Source: Lingula anatina
Lineage: Eukaryota > Animalia > Brachiopoda
Reading direction: 5' to 3'
NCBI GenBank assembly: GCA_051362555.1
Contig: CM120649.1
Location: 17,126,567 to 17,190,566, forward strand
DNA: 64,000 nt
The translations under genes were made by a program, and so were the position numbers. The notes beneath the pieces were generated by a model that did no database searches, was not told where the DNA came from, and worked only from the letters and a program-made list of their open reading frames with translations. How positions within the stretch are numbered: the first letter of the stretch is position 1; each line of letters begins with the position of its first letter. Shown in pieces: positions 13,826 through 27,824 of this stretch.

Positions 13826-15138
13826 CACTGATGCCCATAAGTTAAGCAACACTTTCTTATTTCTCGAATTTCTCAGCAACCAAAATTTTTATTGAGGCAA
13901 AATTTGTACAATAGCTAGATATTTCTCTTATTTTTACTTTGACTTACTGGACCGTGATATTAGAGTAATATTTACTGTTGGACACGATAGAATATGCAAT
14001 GGGGGTCCCACTTGCGAAAAACACAGTTTGGCCATGCCATGAGGAGCTTCCAGTTTGGCTAGTTTCATGGGTACAATTCGTTATTTTGGACCAACCAATG
14101 GTTAGAAGAGGACTCAACGAGGTAATCAGATGGCAAATAATGGGAAGCCATCGTGGTGGGGTGCCAAAGAGGCAGATTGCAAGGCAACAAAAAAGTAGCA
14201 CCAAGTCAAGTGTCCAAGCTGGTAGCAAAATGGTGCCAAACTCATCATGTATTGGACAAGCCTCTTTCTGGTAGAATAATATTAACCGACGCAAGAGATG
14301 AAGATATCTGGTTCGATTATGCCACCAGGACCAGTTCATATCAGCCAAACAATGAAAAATTGCCACCGTACGTCATTCAAGAGAGGTGCCCTGGTCAACA
14401 ATACAGAGACGAAATACCATTGGGGTGCATTAAATCACACATTCAAGCAAATCCAGAAAGAAAAATCATTTTGGTGCAGGACAATGCGCCCATCCAGAAA
14501 GCATGGTCCGTGCAAGACGCGCTGCAACAGCGCGGTATCCCACATTTGGATTGGCCTGCATATTTACCAATTCTCAATGTAATAGGACATGCTTAGGATA
14601 TGATTGACAGGGCAGTAAATGAGAGACCTCCAGTTAGAAACATTAGAGAGGTCCAGCAGGCAGTAAATGAAGAATGGAACCGGCTCTCAAAGCAAGATTG
14701 GCAGAATTTGGTGGCAAGTTGCAGGAGACAATGTGAAGCTGTTGTTCAAAACCAGGGAAGGCACACCCGATATTTATTGCATAATAGACGATTAATCATC
14801 TGTTATCTACAGTCTTCTTTTATTAAAACTAATTCTTAGGTGATCGAACTTTATTTTTTCATAATAAGCTGTTTTAATCAGCACGTACTTTTTGCTGTGT
14901 GAGCATACTTTTTTGACACATAGTTTGGCATATTTTAGTAACGTTTGGTTAATAAAGTTATTTTGATTATTACAATAAGCTATGTTGTGTATATATTTAA
15001 CAGAAATATTCAACTTGAATAAGTTATTTATAAAATATGAAAGAAATATGCATAACCCCACCAACAAATGAAATAATGATCATGATAGAAGAAACTTTTG
15101 AAAAAATCGGGGTGTTGCTTAACTTATGAGCATCAGTG
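13826..15138 (+). mobile_element. Tc1/mariner DNA transposon, internally deleted and inactive
   Basis: 27-bp TIRs cactgatgc(c/t)cataagttaagcaacac with TA TSDs (13824-13825, 15139-15140). Transposase remnants include an HTH-like segment, LVQDNAP and LDWPAYLPILNVIGHA* (catalytic E replaced by G, followed by a stop). The empty site is visible in paralog A at ~6210. Confidence 0.95.
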
Positions 15139-15171
15139 TAAGTACGTTTAATCAACTGAAGTGGAAAGGAC

Positions 15172-18100
15172 TCAAATAACGAAGCATGGAGTAGACAAAG
15201 CTAAATTGGCCCCTCTGACACCCGTAAGTTGTCCAGCCAATGCGTACTGTATAATGTACTCATTGGTGTAGTCGACGACCTGGGCAGAGGGTGAGCTGAT
15301 AGTCCCGTCATCTCTAAGGACCTGCAACAAGGCAGCCACGGCGCCGGTCACAAACGGAGCTGCCATGGAGGTGCCTCTCTTAGAAGTATATTTATTGTTT
15401 CCAGAGAAGTCAGCAGCTTCGATACTCTCACCCGGGGCGTAAAGATCTACGCAAGGACCATAGTTGCTGAAACTAGCCTTTTCAAAGTCCTCATTAAACG
15501 CTCCGACAGTGAGGGCATTGGCCGTGCTACCTGGAGAATCAGTGCAAGCGTCTGCATTGGCATTACCAGCTGAAACAATTACGGGGATTCCCGCTGCGAG
15601 TAGATCATCGACTGCGTCGTTCAGAGACCTGATGAACGACGCACCAAGACTGAAGTTAATAACGGAGAGTCGCCCAGAGCTTTGCACTCTTTGTTTTGCC
15701 CACAGACAAGCATTCAATATACCGGAAACAGGGCATCCATAATCTGAGCAAACCTTCAGGGAAATGATGTTAGCACTCTTTGCCACACCAGAATTGGTTC
15801 CTCCAATGATGCTGGCCACGTGGGTACCATGACCATCGTCGTCAACACTTGTAGATGTCGGCCAGCCTGGACAAAAGAAAAATTGATAAAATAAAGCAAC
15901 CATTTTCATGTATTAAACCTAGAACTGATCAATGCTGAACTTCTTTGATTTGATTTTACTACCAAGAAGCATGAAGGCGTCTCATTTCGGATGAAGTGAA
16001 TATTCCGTAAACTGAACAATGGTACAAAATTGGCCCAAATAAACTATCCTGTACTGAAAAGAAAACAGACATTTGAGATGCATAATGGCAGTTGTATTAT
16101 AACTATATTCTATGAGCAGCTATCATATTACAGAAGAGACAACATCCCCATTCCCATGCAACATTAAGAAAATCCAGATTTCTAAATTTTCACAATGGGA
16201 AGATAAATTCACTCTCTGCGGGAAACCAAGGAATACTGTTTTCTTTTTAAACCTAGTAATGAAAAATGCTTACATTAGCTGTCGTTGCACTTAAGTAAGA
16301 CCGACGTGCTCCCTTTTTGGACCCCTTTTGCGAATCAGGTGTTGTTTTTGCTGCAGCGCTGCATTACGAAAATCAGAAAGCAATTAACTCACCAATAGTA
16401 ACTCTCCCTGTGAAATCTTCGTGGTTTGGATTGATGCCTGTGTCTGCCACATATACATCTATTCCCTCTCCATCGCCCCAGATGTTATACTTGGCATTGT
16501 ATGCATCACCATCAAGAGCATCCAACCCCTGCAAGTAAGGGAAAATACAAACTATGAAACTAGCTTTGACATATTTCCATGGCTGCAATCAATGAATTCT
16601 TGCATAAGGAATTTTCCAGATATGTATATTTCTTGCACAGTCTTGCCAGAAAGTATATGGAAAATGCCAAAGGAGCACCATATTGAAAATTAATAAGGTT
16701 TATCATAGAAAACCAAACCAACCAAACCACCCTTTAGATTTTTGAGAGGACATTATAAATCTTTTTGTTTGCTGGACAGTTTTGAGATAGATATTTGCAA
16801 CTGCACTCATCAAAAGCAAATTAAATGCACCCTTAACTTCATATATTGTTCAGGTGTATGCCACAAGTACGGGACTTTAACCTTATAAGTATGTTACCAA
16901 TAGTCAAAACGATTCAAACATTTAGAAAAGTCTGTTGACTTCGTGACCGAAAGTGATCTGCTTTTAGAAATCAGTATAATCAACATACTAAAATGTTATT
17001 GGAATTGAAACTTATGAAACCTTTAAGTTATACGGTCTATATTTCTGTATTAACATCAGCATTAACATACCCAATAATATCTTCCAGAAAACCATAATAT
17101 ATAGGATTTGCAATATTCAGTGCTTAGTTCTAACTTAACGTCCTGTTCAATTTCCGCAATGACATTGGTGAGTTGTCGTAGAGCGTGGAGGTTGCTTAAA
17201 CATTATTAAATATACTCATAAATACAATAAGGTATATGTGTGTCCTTGGCATATGCAAAAAGTAAATATGAAATTATCAATTGATGACCAATACGTATTT
17301 TAAATATTTTCTCCTTATTATTTTTTTATTTACTTTTTAGCCCAAAGTATTATTTGATTAGTAGTTCATAGTGAAGACGGTGGTAAAATATTTTATATAC
17401 AAAACAACATTTTACAAATGTGTAAGGACGAATGAAAACAAACGGTTAAGAATGCGCTGTGTCCAACCTTTTACTTATTTTTCGCAGAATGACGAAATCC
17501 TTGTCTTTATCAAACTTAACTTGTTGTCTTCGTCCAGCTCCTTTGATGATTCTACGGACTAGATAAATAAAATTATGTTCCTTGTAAATGGTTTACATAA
17601 TAAATCCATTTAAGGCTACAATAAAGCAGAGATGGACCGGAACCTAAGCCCTTATTATTAGAAAAAACTGCAAAATGCACCCAGAGAAAACTGAACTTTG
17701 CAAGGACTAATGATCAACTAATAATGAACCATTAGTTAAAAGATGGACCATCACCAAAATCTTGTCACTTTAAAGTTAGCCCATTTTGACCTATCCTGAT
17801 TATCTAATCAAAACCCGTCCACGCGTTAAGTTGCGAACAAACTACCAAACTAGCAAAAGCAAAAAAAAAAAACATAACCTTCTTGGTCATGGGTAGGTCA
17901 TAAAGCACAATGTGTGAGCTGGAAAAGTGCCCCTGCTAAGATTCGAAATGAAAGAGCTGTACTTCCCATCAGCCAAAAAAATATACCCCAAATTTTCCTG
18001 AACATTGTTTACGCAACAAAAAGCAAAAGATTCAGAACAATCATGGTTCAACTTCATTGCTTTTTTTCCATTGGTGCTTGCTTGCAGCGTCTCAGCGTCA

Positions 18101-19062
18101 ACGGCGTTTGGTTTGAATTGACCACCACAACCACAAATACTAGACGACCTTAATGTCCTCTCCCGCTGCCCTGCGATCCAGTAAAATTAAATATACATTC
18201 AGATCTAATTATTAAAGTGACTGGTACACGTAGGGCCAAAAGGATTCAATTTCATTGGCAAAGGATGTAGTTTGATACGTTTACTTACTTCGACCGTAGT
18301 TTGCACCAGGCAGTAGTCGAGCAATGTATTGTCCTGACACAGAACCGTTCATGTACTCAATAAATGGCACTGAGGGAGATATGAATAAGAATGAATCAGC
18401 CACCATTGTTAAAATACTCCTTTGCGCTTTAGTTTGGGTGCGTTTTTATAATCACTCAGTGATATATAAGCCTCTTTTTGGTCACTTATAATGATCTTTA
18501 GTTCAAAGTGCACGGTAACTGATCAAATAATATTTGTCATGTAAGATTTCTTCGTGGCGTGTATTAATCGAACTATCTTGCTGTGAATTTATTTTCACTA
18601 CATTTGATAAAACGTATTATATATTATGAAACATTTTAATTGTCAAGTGTTAAATACATTAACAATCAAATGAACAAATCTATAAGTTGCCTTTCCTTCA
18701 TACTGGTACATTGACAGAAAAATCGGTGTAATTTAACAAATAGAGCATGAGCAACGTGGGAAGTTTATTATAAATTTCTTCCATTATGTTGTGGGAAAAC
18801 GCCTCGCATTTCAAATCAAAGACTCCACATTTTGTGCAGTTAATCAACTATTCTACTTGCCTAAGTCTTGTTCTTCTGACACTCTCAATACACCAGCATC
18901 TTGCAACTTTTTTCGAATGGTTCTGTGGTCCCCTTTTTTCCTTGCCTGTGCCTCGGGTGCATCTCTAGACGTAATGTTGTACTCCTCCTCCCCTCTCTGA
19001 TCTGCAACTGTCATTATAAACAGCCAGAAAGCCAAAACACCTATCATCGCCGATGCCTGCAT
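15172..19062 (-). CDS. Secreted S8A serine protease, paralog B, ~442 aa
   Basis: Exons 19062-18861, 18369-18289, 17558-17468, 17194-17071, 16528-16393, 15866-15172, all in frame with the same phases as paralog A. VADTG, HGTH and GTSMA are intact. Confidence 0.93.
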
Positions 19063-22019
19063 CTTCTATAAACAATTACATGTATTTCAATTATTTTAAA
19101 TTGAAAACTTACTTTCGTCTTTCAAATAATAGAATGATTTCAAATAAGATTATGTGAAGTTGAACAAAAATTTTCAAATGTTTTTATAATTTGTTTTTCT
19201 TAATGCGTCGGGTCATCTTAATTGCCACTTAAAATTAATTTGTGTAGTCAAATGTTCACAAGCACAACGAAGCTCTGCTTTTGCTCAAAATCAAATAAGA
19301 AATAAGGCCATATGACTGATATTGGCGAAATTTAATATGACACGAAGATAAATATCTAGTTAGATTGGAATGATAACAACATTACATTAAATCACCACCA
19401 TACATCCCATACAATGGAGCAAAGAGTTTGCAAAGAGCAAAACAATGACTGGCAAAGAGTAACTTTGGCCAATAAAATGTAATATGATACGAAATGACAA
19501 GATGGGGGGGGGGTAGTAACAACATAAAATTAAATAATCGCACATAGATCTAGATAGGCAGATGACCCCTTAGCTCCATGCTGATGAAATGGACAATGTA
19601 AAGTCCGGTTGAATTTCATAACTAACACGAAACTAAATCAATCGGATCCAGAGATTTGGAAGGGGTGGACACAGGGTAGAAGAATATACATTTTACTACT
19701 CTGTGCTTGGTATTAAACAGTTAACAAGGACAATTGTACTATAATAAATGGGGCACTGGGATGGTCAACTGCTTGGTTTTGACTCGATTTTCTCGTTATA
19801 CTGCTTTTTTGGAGACAAAAAGGAGAAAGGAATATCAGAAGTGCATTACTTGGGAAAGAAAAGTGTCTTAGAAAATATTACAAGGGTTATATTAAATGCA
19901 TTCTATTGTGCAAAAACAACCAATAAAAATACTCGTAAAATATTTGACAGCTTATCTCGTCGGTACTAAGAGTTTTCTCGTATGATACCCATTTGTATTT
20001 CAAGTTTTGATGAGGGTTTATACTGGTAGGGATATGACCATGGTGCCATTAAACTTAATCGAAAAAAATATTGTGGTACTGGCAAACGTGTTTTTCACTA
20101 CACGGGCCATTAATTGTATATGTACTTAGCAAAGCTCCATTGGTAATTTTTAATTGAAGATATTTAAGTGCTGATTAACTTTTCTGTTTTAAGTGGGCTA
20201 TCGTCAACTACTGCCCGGTTCATTCATCCGGTGCAGTGCTTACCACCAGAACAGGGGTCGTGAGATTATTTTCCACGACTGGATCTAAATCCTAGTGCAT
20301 TCTCGAAGAATTTAATCAAATCGGCGGATTTAATCTTTAAATAAACGCGTCTAGCGTACTCGTATAACTCCAACTTTTTCTATCCTTCTCAACGTTAGAA
20401 GGAGGCGTGTTAGTCTTTTAATCCGGTTGCATTCAACAACAGTCTAAACAAAAGTTTGTTTGAATTAACTTCGTTGTTAACGCACCCATAGACTGCCTTG
20501 CATCAAGGACATTACAGCATAACTTTGATATGCCGTTTTATCAGTAAAGCTTCATTTTAGCCCATTTCCCCCTGTGGTAATATTCCAACTATGTCTAATT
20601 GTATCTACATGTATGATATTTTTACGACAGATGTTGTTGAAATATCATCGTCATCAATTCCTAATTTTTTTAACTAAGGTTTTTTTTTTTTTTGTATGAA
20701 CATATATGTATGTTCCTAACACTAAAGCAACGAAAAAAAAGGTTAAAGGCAAAATCAAAATGAAACTGTGTCCAAGAATTTATATTTTGCATGACATATA
20801 AATGATATTCCCACATGAGAGTTGTTTTTGATAAATGAATGAAGTATTAGACGCTGAATCTCATATGCTATACCCTTCAACCTTTGCCATTGTTGTTACT
20901 GATGCAATGTTGGATTGTGAAAAAATTCTGAAAACAACTGAATGAAAATATATAATCATTACTCCATAACAAAAACATTTCAACCATAATAACGACACTG
21001 AAGCCCATTGGTTTGTGGTCAACTATACCAATTTTTGTAATAAAACCTTGTTCAGGAATATTATGCCTATAATACTTATTGCTATCACACCAAGAAATAG
21101 AAAGATGTTAAATAAACGATAAACGCTTTGGATTGCGTATGATTATACATTGCAACGAGAAATGCAAACGCCGATATTCTATATTTTCTAGGGGATTCTT
21201 ACGGTTTTAAATCAGCACAATGAAAGAAGCGTTATTGAATAATTAGATCCAGGAAAAACCTCTTGTTTGGTATATAGATGCATATAAATTTTTACAATAC
21301 TGTTAAGGTGGTACTACAGGTATAATGGACTGTTCACACTGAATGTTGATGACACACTTTATTATTATATTTATCTTTTTTATTTTATTTTATTTTATTT
21401 TATTTTATTTTATTTTATTTCTTGTCAACAAAAGCCTATTTGTTTATAGCAACATAATATTGGTCAAAGGCAAAATGATAGTGTATCCAAGATATCACAT
21501 TGCGGGGCATTAATGGAGTGCCCGCATTAATATAGCTTTTATCAAATACATTTAATATTTGACAGACGCCGGCTTTTGTGAGGGTAGAACGTATCGAATT
21601 TGCCATACCAGGTCAACTGCGTTGTTGTTTCTGCTAGAATATTATAATTGTTAAAATTCCCAAGGACAAGTAGATTTAGCAAGGGGCAACAAAAAGATGG
21701 TTCGATAGGTTGTAATAGCCTAAATTAGTCAAAAGAGCTACGTCTTAACTCTGGGGCTAAGTCAGGCAAAGTCAGGAAAAAAGGTAATACAACCGAACAC
21801 GATCTATTGTATTTGACTGGCTGATGACTGATGACCCGTTACAGGAGAAAAAATGAACCCAAAACAACACGTTGCGAACACTTGTTGGCTTGGTAAGTAG
21901 CACGGGTGTCCAGCATTGCAACTCTCTACACATACTATAAATACAGAACCTGTCATATTGCAAAATTCACCATTAACATGTGTGCAAATTTTAAAGATAG
22001 CTCTGTAACATTCGTTAAG

Positions 22020-22635
22020 AGTAATGCCACTTACCAAATGATGCTCCTTTTTCTTTGAACAGTGTCGTTTGCTTTGAACAACGTTTCCTTTCAACAACGT
22101 TCTGGTATATTTTCAACTAACGTTAAAATATAATATATGTTCACATCACATTTGCCTTCCATATCAGACCCGTAGCTTGACAGTCTATGGAACATATTTG
22201 GGGCAGGCCATCAGTTCCAAATGGGTCTAATTGATTATAGAGTGCATGGTGATTGGCAGTGCATATAGCCAGTGTTCACGAATATGAATACATTTCCTGG
22301 GAATATATTTCATTCATAAATCAGACCCTTAGCTAAGCCGCATTTTGGGACATATTTGGGGAAGGCCATTAATTCAGAATGTAACTAAAACTTCAGATAC
22401 AGGCAGAACTGATGATTGGCAAAACAAACAGCTTGCTTATTATAAATAATCGTATTGTATGGATCATACATTCATTTCGTGTTATATCACAAACACATAT
22501 ACCTTAGTACTTCTTTCACGTGTGAGATAAATTACTGTCACGAGCGTTATATGCCAGAACGAGGCATATATCGCGAGAGGCTGGCAGTTAATTATATGAT
22601 GTACATACCGAGAGAAGTACTCGTATTTCACCGAA
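22020..22635 (+). repeat. Further copy of the protease-unit spacer, upstream of paralog B
   Basis: Aligns with ~765-1370 and ~12430-13040; similarity ends at ~22635. Confidence 0.88.
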
Positions 22636-24116
22636 AAACAGCCCCAAAACTGCAAAACCCAAACCTTACTTCTGTAGCCTATTTACTATAAACATTGGAA
22701 CATTGTAACTGATCAGTCAGATGACTAGCAGTCTATTAGAGGTATCATGCAAGTAACTATGTAGACTATATTAGTTTTATTTAAGGCTGATCATGGTTTA
22801 CTCGAAGAGAGCATTGCCTTAGTTGAATAAACTGTCATTTTCAGTCAATAATTTAAAATGTTTAAAATGTAAGGTAGCTGAAGCTGTGGTAAAGTCATCA
22901 TCATCAAAGTCAGTTTCTTTCACTGTTCCATGTTAACAATTCGCCTTAAGTAAAAAGTGATAGAAAAACAATGCCAGATCGAGTCATTCTAAATACAAAT
23001 ACGTACAAATACAAATCTCTAGGCCTTTGGAGGAAATACTTAAGGCTCCATCATTATGGACAGCACTAGAAGGCGACACTGTTTAATGCAGTATCGTCGC
23101 CTTGTCCTTGAGAAGCTTCAAACCTGATCTTGTAACGTGTGGCCTTCACCACAATGTCTCCACCACCCTACTACCCCAGGAGCCCCAGGGGTCCCCATTG
23201 CTGGAGCTTACAACCAGGCCTACCCAACTACCAGACTCGGCACCGAATGATCCAGAATTCACCGGTATATCGGACCACACTACCCGTTTTCAAGGTGTGC
23301 GTCAGTACGCATGTCACAGTATCATACCCCGGAGCAGATTTTGAGATAAATTGCACTATTTTCCAACCCCGTTGAGAATCATCGCTATCACATCGCATAC
23401 TAGGCAAGAGCGGTGTCGCATCCGATACTTCGAAGTGTAGTACTGGTAGTTGGGTATGCATTGCTTATTCGGACTTTAGTGTAACGAAGCACCGGCTTTG
23501 TTTCGATTAATAAATGAATTTCGGTGGAATGAATAATTTTAGTAGCATTACACATGGATAGTTCAAATTTACGGGTAAAAAACTGACGAAAAGGTGTGAC
23601 TATGACATAAGTATGACCACTTGTTTTTAACGTTCAAAGCAGTTTCATACAGTTACAACAAAAATAATTTCAAGTTCTAAAAAAACGCCATGCTCTTCAG
23701 AACCCATCCCAATGACAAAAGTCATCAATTCCACCACTGACCTGGTGAATATTTATTTGCGGGACTGGATATTTCCAGATTCATCCAAAAGGGCAGTCAG
23801 GAAACCGGCTGATGAAATTCTTCTCTGACAAAAACCTGCCTTTTACCAAACAAGCCCTCAGTTGTATACTTGACGTAAATCATAAATTCCTCATACTCGT
23901 ATTTTAACAGCTGGTGACATCAGAAACAGAACGACATTTCTGCTTAGTATGTGGTGCCTAAATTGGTAGCGAGCATTTCATTGATCAGGATAATCTTACT
24001 GTAACTGTCCGCGATATTTTTATTTTATTTTATTTATTTTTCATTTGAGTTTGTTCTTTGTTTACTTATCATTCATGCGAAGTACGTTTTCCGTTCTTTC
24101 TCTGTATTCTCTTTCT

Positions 24117-24121
<5 letters not shown>

Positions 24122-24156
<35 letters not shown>
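24122..24156 (+). repeat. (CT)n microsatellite
   Basis: Directly visible dinucleotide run. Confidence 0.95.
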
Positions 24157-24158
<2 letters not shown>

Positions 24159-24946
24159 ATTATAACATTACAGGCCACCACACTTACCTAACCGCACCGT
24201 CACATGCCTGTACCACACCCTGCACTGAACAGTTTTCATTCCACAGCATATATAAGGCTTCCTCTCTATTTCTTTTTGCTCACTTCACTTTCTTACACAG
24301 AACGATGCGGGTACACTAACGACACCACTTTAGCACACCCAGTCGGAGGAAAAGGTAACTATTACATCGATAACGTAAACTTCTCTGGCTTTGGGTCTTT
24401 CAACGTTTCTATCTATCCTTTTATAACGATATTAGCACACTTGGTCGGGGATAAGGCAAATTATTTCAACGCTATAAAAATAACGTAAACTTCTCCGGCT
24501 TTGGGTCTTTGCAACGTATCCGTCTATCCTTTTTCTTACACTTTAGTATGCACTTCGTGTAAATTTATTATCAATTTATAGGTCATTTGTATTTTAATTT
24601 GTTTTCAGTATTTTTCGCTACATTTTTTGTTCTGTTATTTATTTTCTTTTATTTCATTTTTCTTTCAGTTTTACGTTTGAATTCAATAAATTCAACCAGT
24701 TAAAGAGACTTCCCTTTTTTGACTGAGTGCAGCTACACTTACCTCGTTTTATCCTCACTTAAGTGAGACACGGATAATGAGGCACCTGAGAGTAAGTCTG
24801 CAATATGAAATGGACTGTCACTAACCATGTGTACCTCGTGATGAAGTGGTACACAAGGGACCACTCAATCACGATTGTGCTCATTTGGATATGTTAATAC
24901 CCCTCCACAGTTACACTCCATCAGCTCGGATCTTTTCCAGATTTTT

Positions 24947-25172
24947 GGGTGCTTTCCCAGAGATTTAGATCGATCTAAAGATTAAGTTTTAGATCGACCT
25001 AACTCCCTGGGGGTTCACGTTAAATTGCAGTCAGCCGAGCGGGCACCATAGTTAATTACCCTCTTACAGCTTTTAGTAGGCGGGACAGACGCTTAAGCCG
25101 GCCAAGCTGACAGTTATCTAGTGAGACTCCCCACAGGGATAGATCGATCTAAAAATCTATGGAAATGGGGTG
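24947..25172 (+). mobile_element. PIF/Harbinger-like palindromic MITE (family of 5 copies in the window)
   Basis: gggtgctttcccagagatttagatcgatc...gatcgatctaaaaatctatggaaatggggtg with a 3-bp ttt duplication; near-identical reverse complement of 39407-39632. Confidence 0.85.
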
Positions 25173-26852
25173 TTTGCCCCTGCTTTTTGATGGGTTCAGT
25201 ACAATAGTTATTATCTACTAGCATATGGTTCAGAAATCATCTCTGCAAAAAGCTTTTATCAGTTTTCAGCATTTACCATTACCATTATAAAAGCAAAAAT
25301 CAACTTTCTCTAAAGGTAGAAAAGCACTTATCTGGATGTATATTTTAATCTGATTACATGTATAGACTGTGCTTAATGGTTCGTAGACAGGGGGTTTCGG
25401 GAGTTCGAATAAATCACTCATTTTCTGTCGGAAAAAGGTCTGCTACTGAGAAAAAATTGATATACTGCAGGTACACTAATGTTTTATGGAAAAAGAGACG
25501 CATTTCATTTTGTTCGCTAAGGACCTGTACGCATATATACAGACTTGATATTTGATATTGAATATTTAAGTTTAAAAAGTATGCATAGGGACAAAACGGA
25601 TTGCTTTTTAAATTCATGTCATATGACACGCACACACACACACACACGCACACACACACGATTCACTAAAATATTGACATTTGTATTGTCATCTATCAAC
25701 CGTGATAAGCCATCCCCAGAAATGCACTGCATGACGTCACGCCTAGCCCACTGCGCATGCGTGCATTTTTCATGAGTTGCTAGATTGCTATAGGAAAATG
25801 AATGGGTTCGCGATTCGTGGGTAATTCGTGATAATTGACAAACTAACGGCCTGATGCCGATAGACAGCAACGCTGTGCTATGCTTCAAGCAACTCCTGAC
25901 CAAATATCGCTAGGGTTTTAAAAAAAATTCTGTTGTACACACGTACTAAGAAGTTTGCCGTGCATTGCCTAGCCTACCCTCAGCAAAACGCAAATATTTT
26001 CAGAAATAGTGATTTTAGACGGTAGATTCACTCAGAAACAAAGGCAAACTGATTCGTTGCCGATAGCTCCAGCAGATGGCAGCACCATACAGAGTCTGAT
26101 TAAAAACTTTCATGGCAACTGAAGAACTTTAACCACTGTACAATGGAGTCCAAAAAAAGCACTTGGCACAAATGTAAAACTGCCCAGTGCAAGGCCAAGA
26201 ATTCAATCAGTATTTTCAATCATATTATCAGATTCTACATAAATTGACTGACAATATCACTATTTAATTTTTCTCTTAATCCAAAATTCCTATCATCATT
26301 TAGTAATTATGCAAAATTCTTCTTTCGGATTGCTATTTATTTTAATTTTTAATGCTGCAACTGTTCCTAAATAACCTTGTAGTAAAGGAAACTTGCAAAA
26401 AAAAGAAGTAGAAGACCAATTTTACCCAAATTATTCAATTATTTGAATATAAAAAGAATAAGATCACGATTTAACAACTTAAAATAATATTTCATGAACT
26501 CTTTCATGAATAACATATCAAACAAAAATAAAAGTTATAAATTAGTGGTAATGGCTTATTCTGGAATATATGACCTCTGCACATCATCAGTACCTGACTT
26601 GGTACAGTATAGTTACTACTTGAATACACAGTTAGATTTAATAATGTAATAATAAGAACAATATATATTACAATAAACTCCTCTGCACATGTCAGACGCT
26701 TGTTACCATGAACTAACACTACTTGTCAATGTTGTGCTATGATTGGCTAGTTGAGTCCTAGTGTAGCGCCCTCGCGTATCGCGTGAATGCTGCGCATTTC
26801 TGGCCATGCAAAATCAATAAAAATGAGGAAAAACTCATTACTACACCTGTTA

Positions 26853-27460
26853 GAAAATTGTGCGAAAAGAGCACCAGCAACACAATTATACTACGTTTAT
26901 TGTCATCACGCTCTCATCTTAGCGAAATCATCTCATTTAATTGAGATGATTTTGCTAAGTGAAAACAATTTCACGTTTTCTGTGCAATTTTTTTATCCAT
27001 AGGAAATAGTGTTTGGCCATGCTAATGACAGGGGATGAACATAATGAAATGGGAAAAGCAATACATACAGGTAAAATACCGTGTGCGTACTCAGCATAAT
27101 TACCTGTTATTATTATTTTTTATTTTCAGAGAGAGAATTTTAAATCCATTTAATGAATGAAAACCAGAAATTGTGCGAAATGAGTACCAGAAACCCAACT
27201 ACACTGCGTTTATGATAATCACACTCTTATCTCCTCTACAATTTTTCTGGAAAAAAGTATAACTAATACAGATCAATCGCAAATGCAATTTTAATTGAGA
27301 TGATTTTGCTACGTGAAAACAATTTCACGTAGTTATGTGCAATTTATGATCCATAGGAAAAAGTGTTTGACACGCTAATGACAGGAGATGAACACAATGA
27401 AATGTGAAAAGCAATACATACAGGTAAAATAACTCTTCAGCATAATTACCTATTATTTAT
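26853..27460 (+). repeat. Diverged ~310-bp tandem duplication upstream of protease C
   Basis: aaattgtgcgaaa...gctaatgacagg...gaaaagcaatacatacaggtaaaata...cagcataattacct occurs at ~26853-27110 and ~27168-27455. Confidence 0.85.
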
Positions 27461-27824
27461 TGTGAGAGGATGAGAGAGAAAAAAATATAAAAGTTAAACT
27501 TTATAGTACGTAGCTAACTCAGAACGTTGCCACATCACAACGGACACGACATTGTTCAAAGAACAAAGAAGCATCATTTGGTAAGTTGCATCACTCCTCA
27601 CGGAGGAGGCTACTGGGTTTACTTAAGAATTAACACATATGCTAGTGATATATAATGAATGGGATATGAAAGGTAAATCAAATGCGAAAGTGTTTTAATA
27701 TAAAAACAAATAAGAGGGGCAATTAAAAAAAATCTTTGGGTGTTTAATTTAAAATCATTTTATTACTTTTAAGTCTGAAATAATATAATACTCAAAGGTT
27801 TCATCTGCTCACGTTTATAGAAGT

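Noticed and set aside
21820-21860. ctgatga...gaaa as a hammerhead ribozyme core (also ~4718 and ~23810)
   Set aside because: No convincing stems I-III could be formed around the core.
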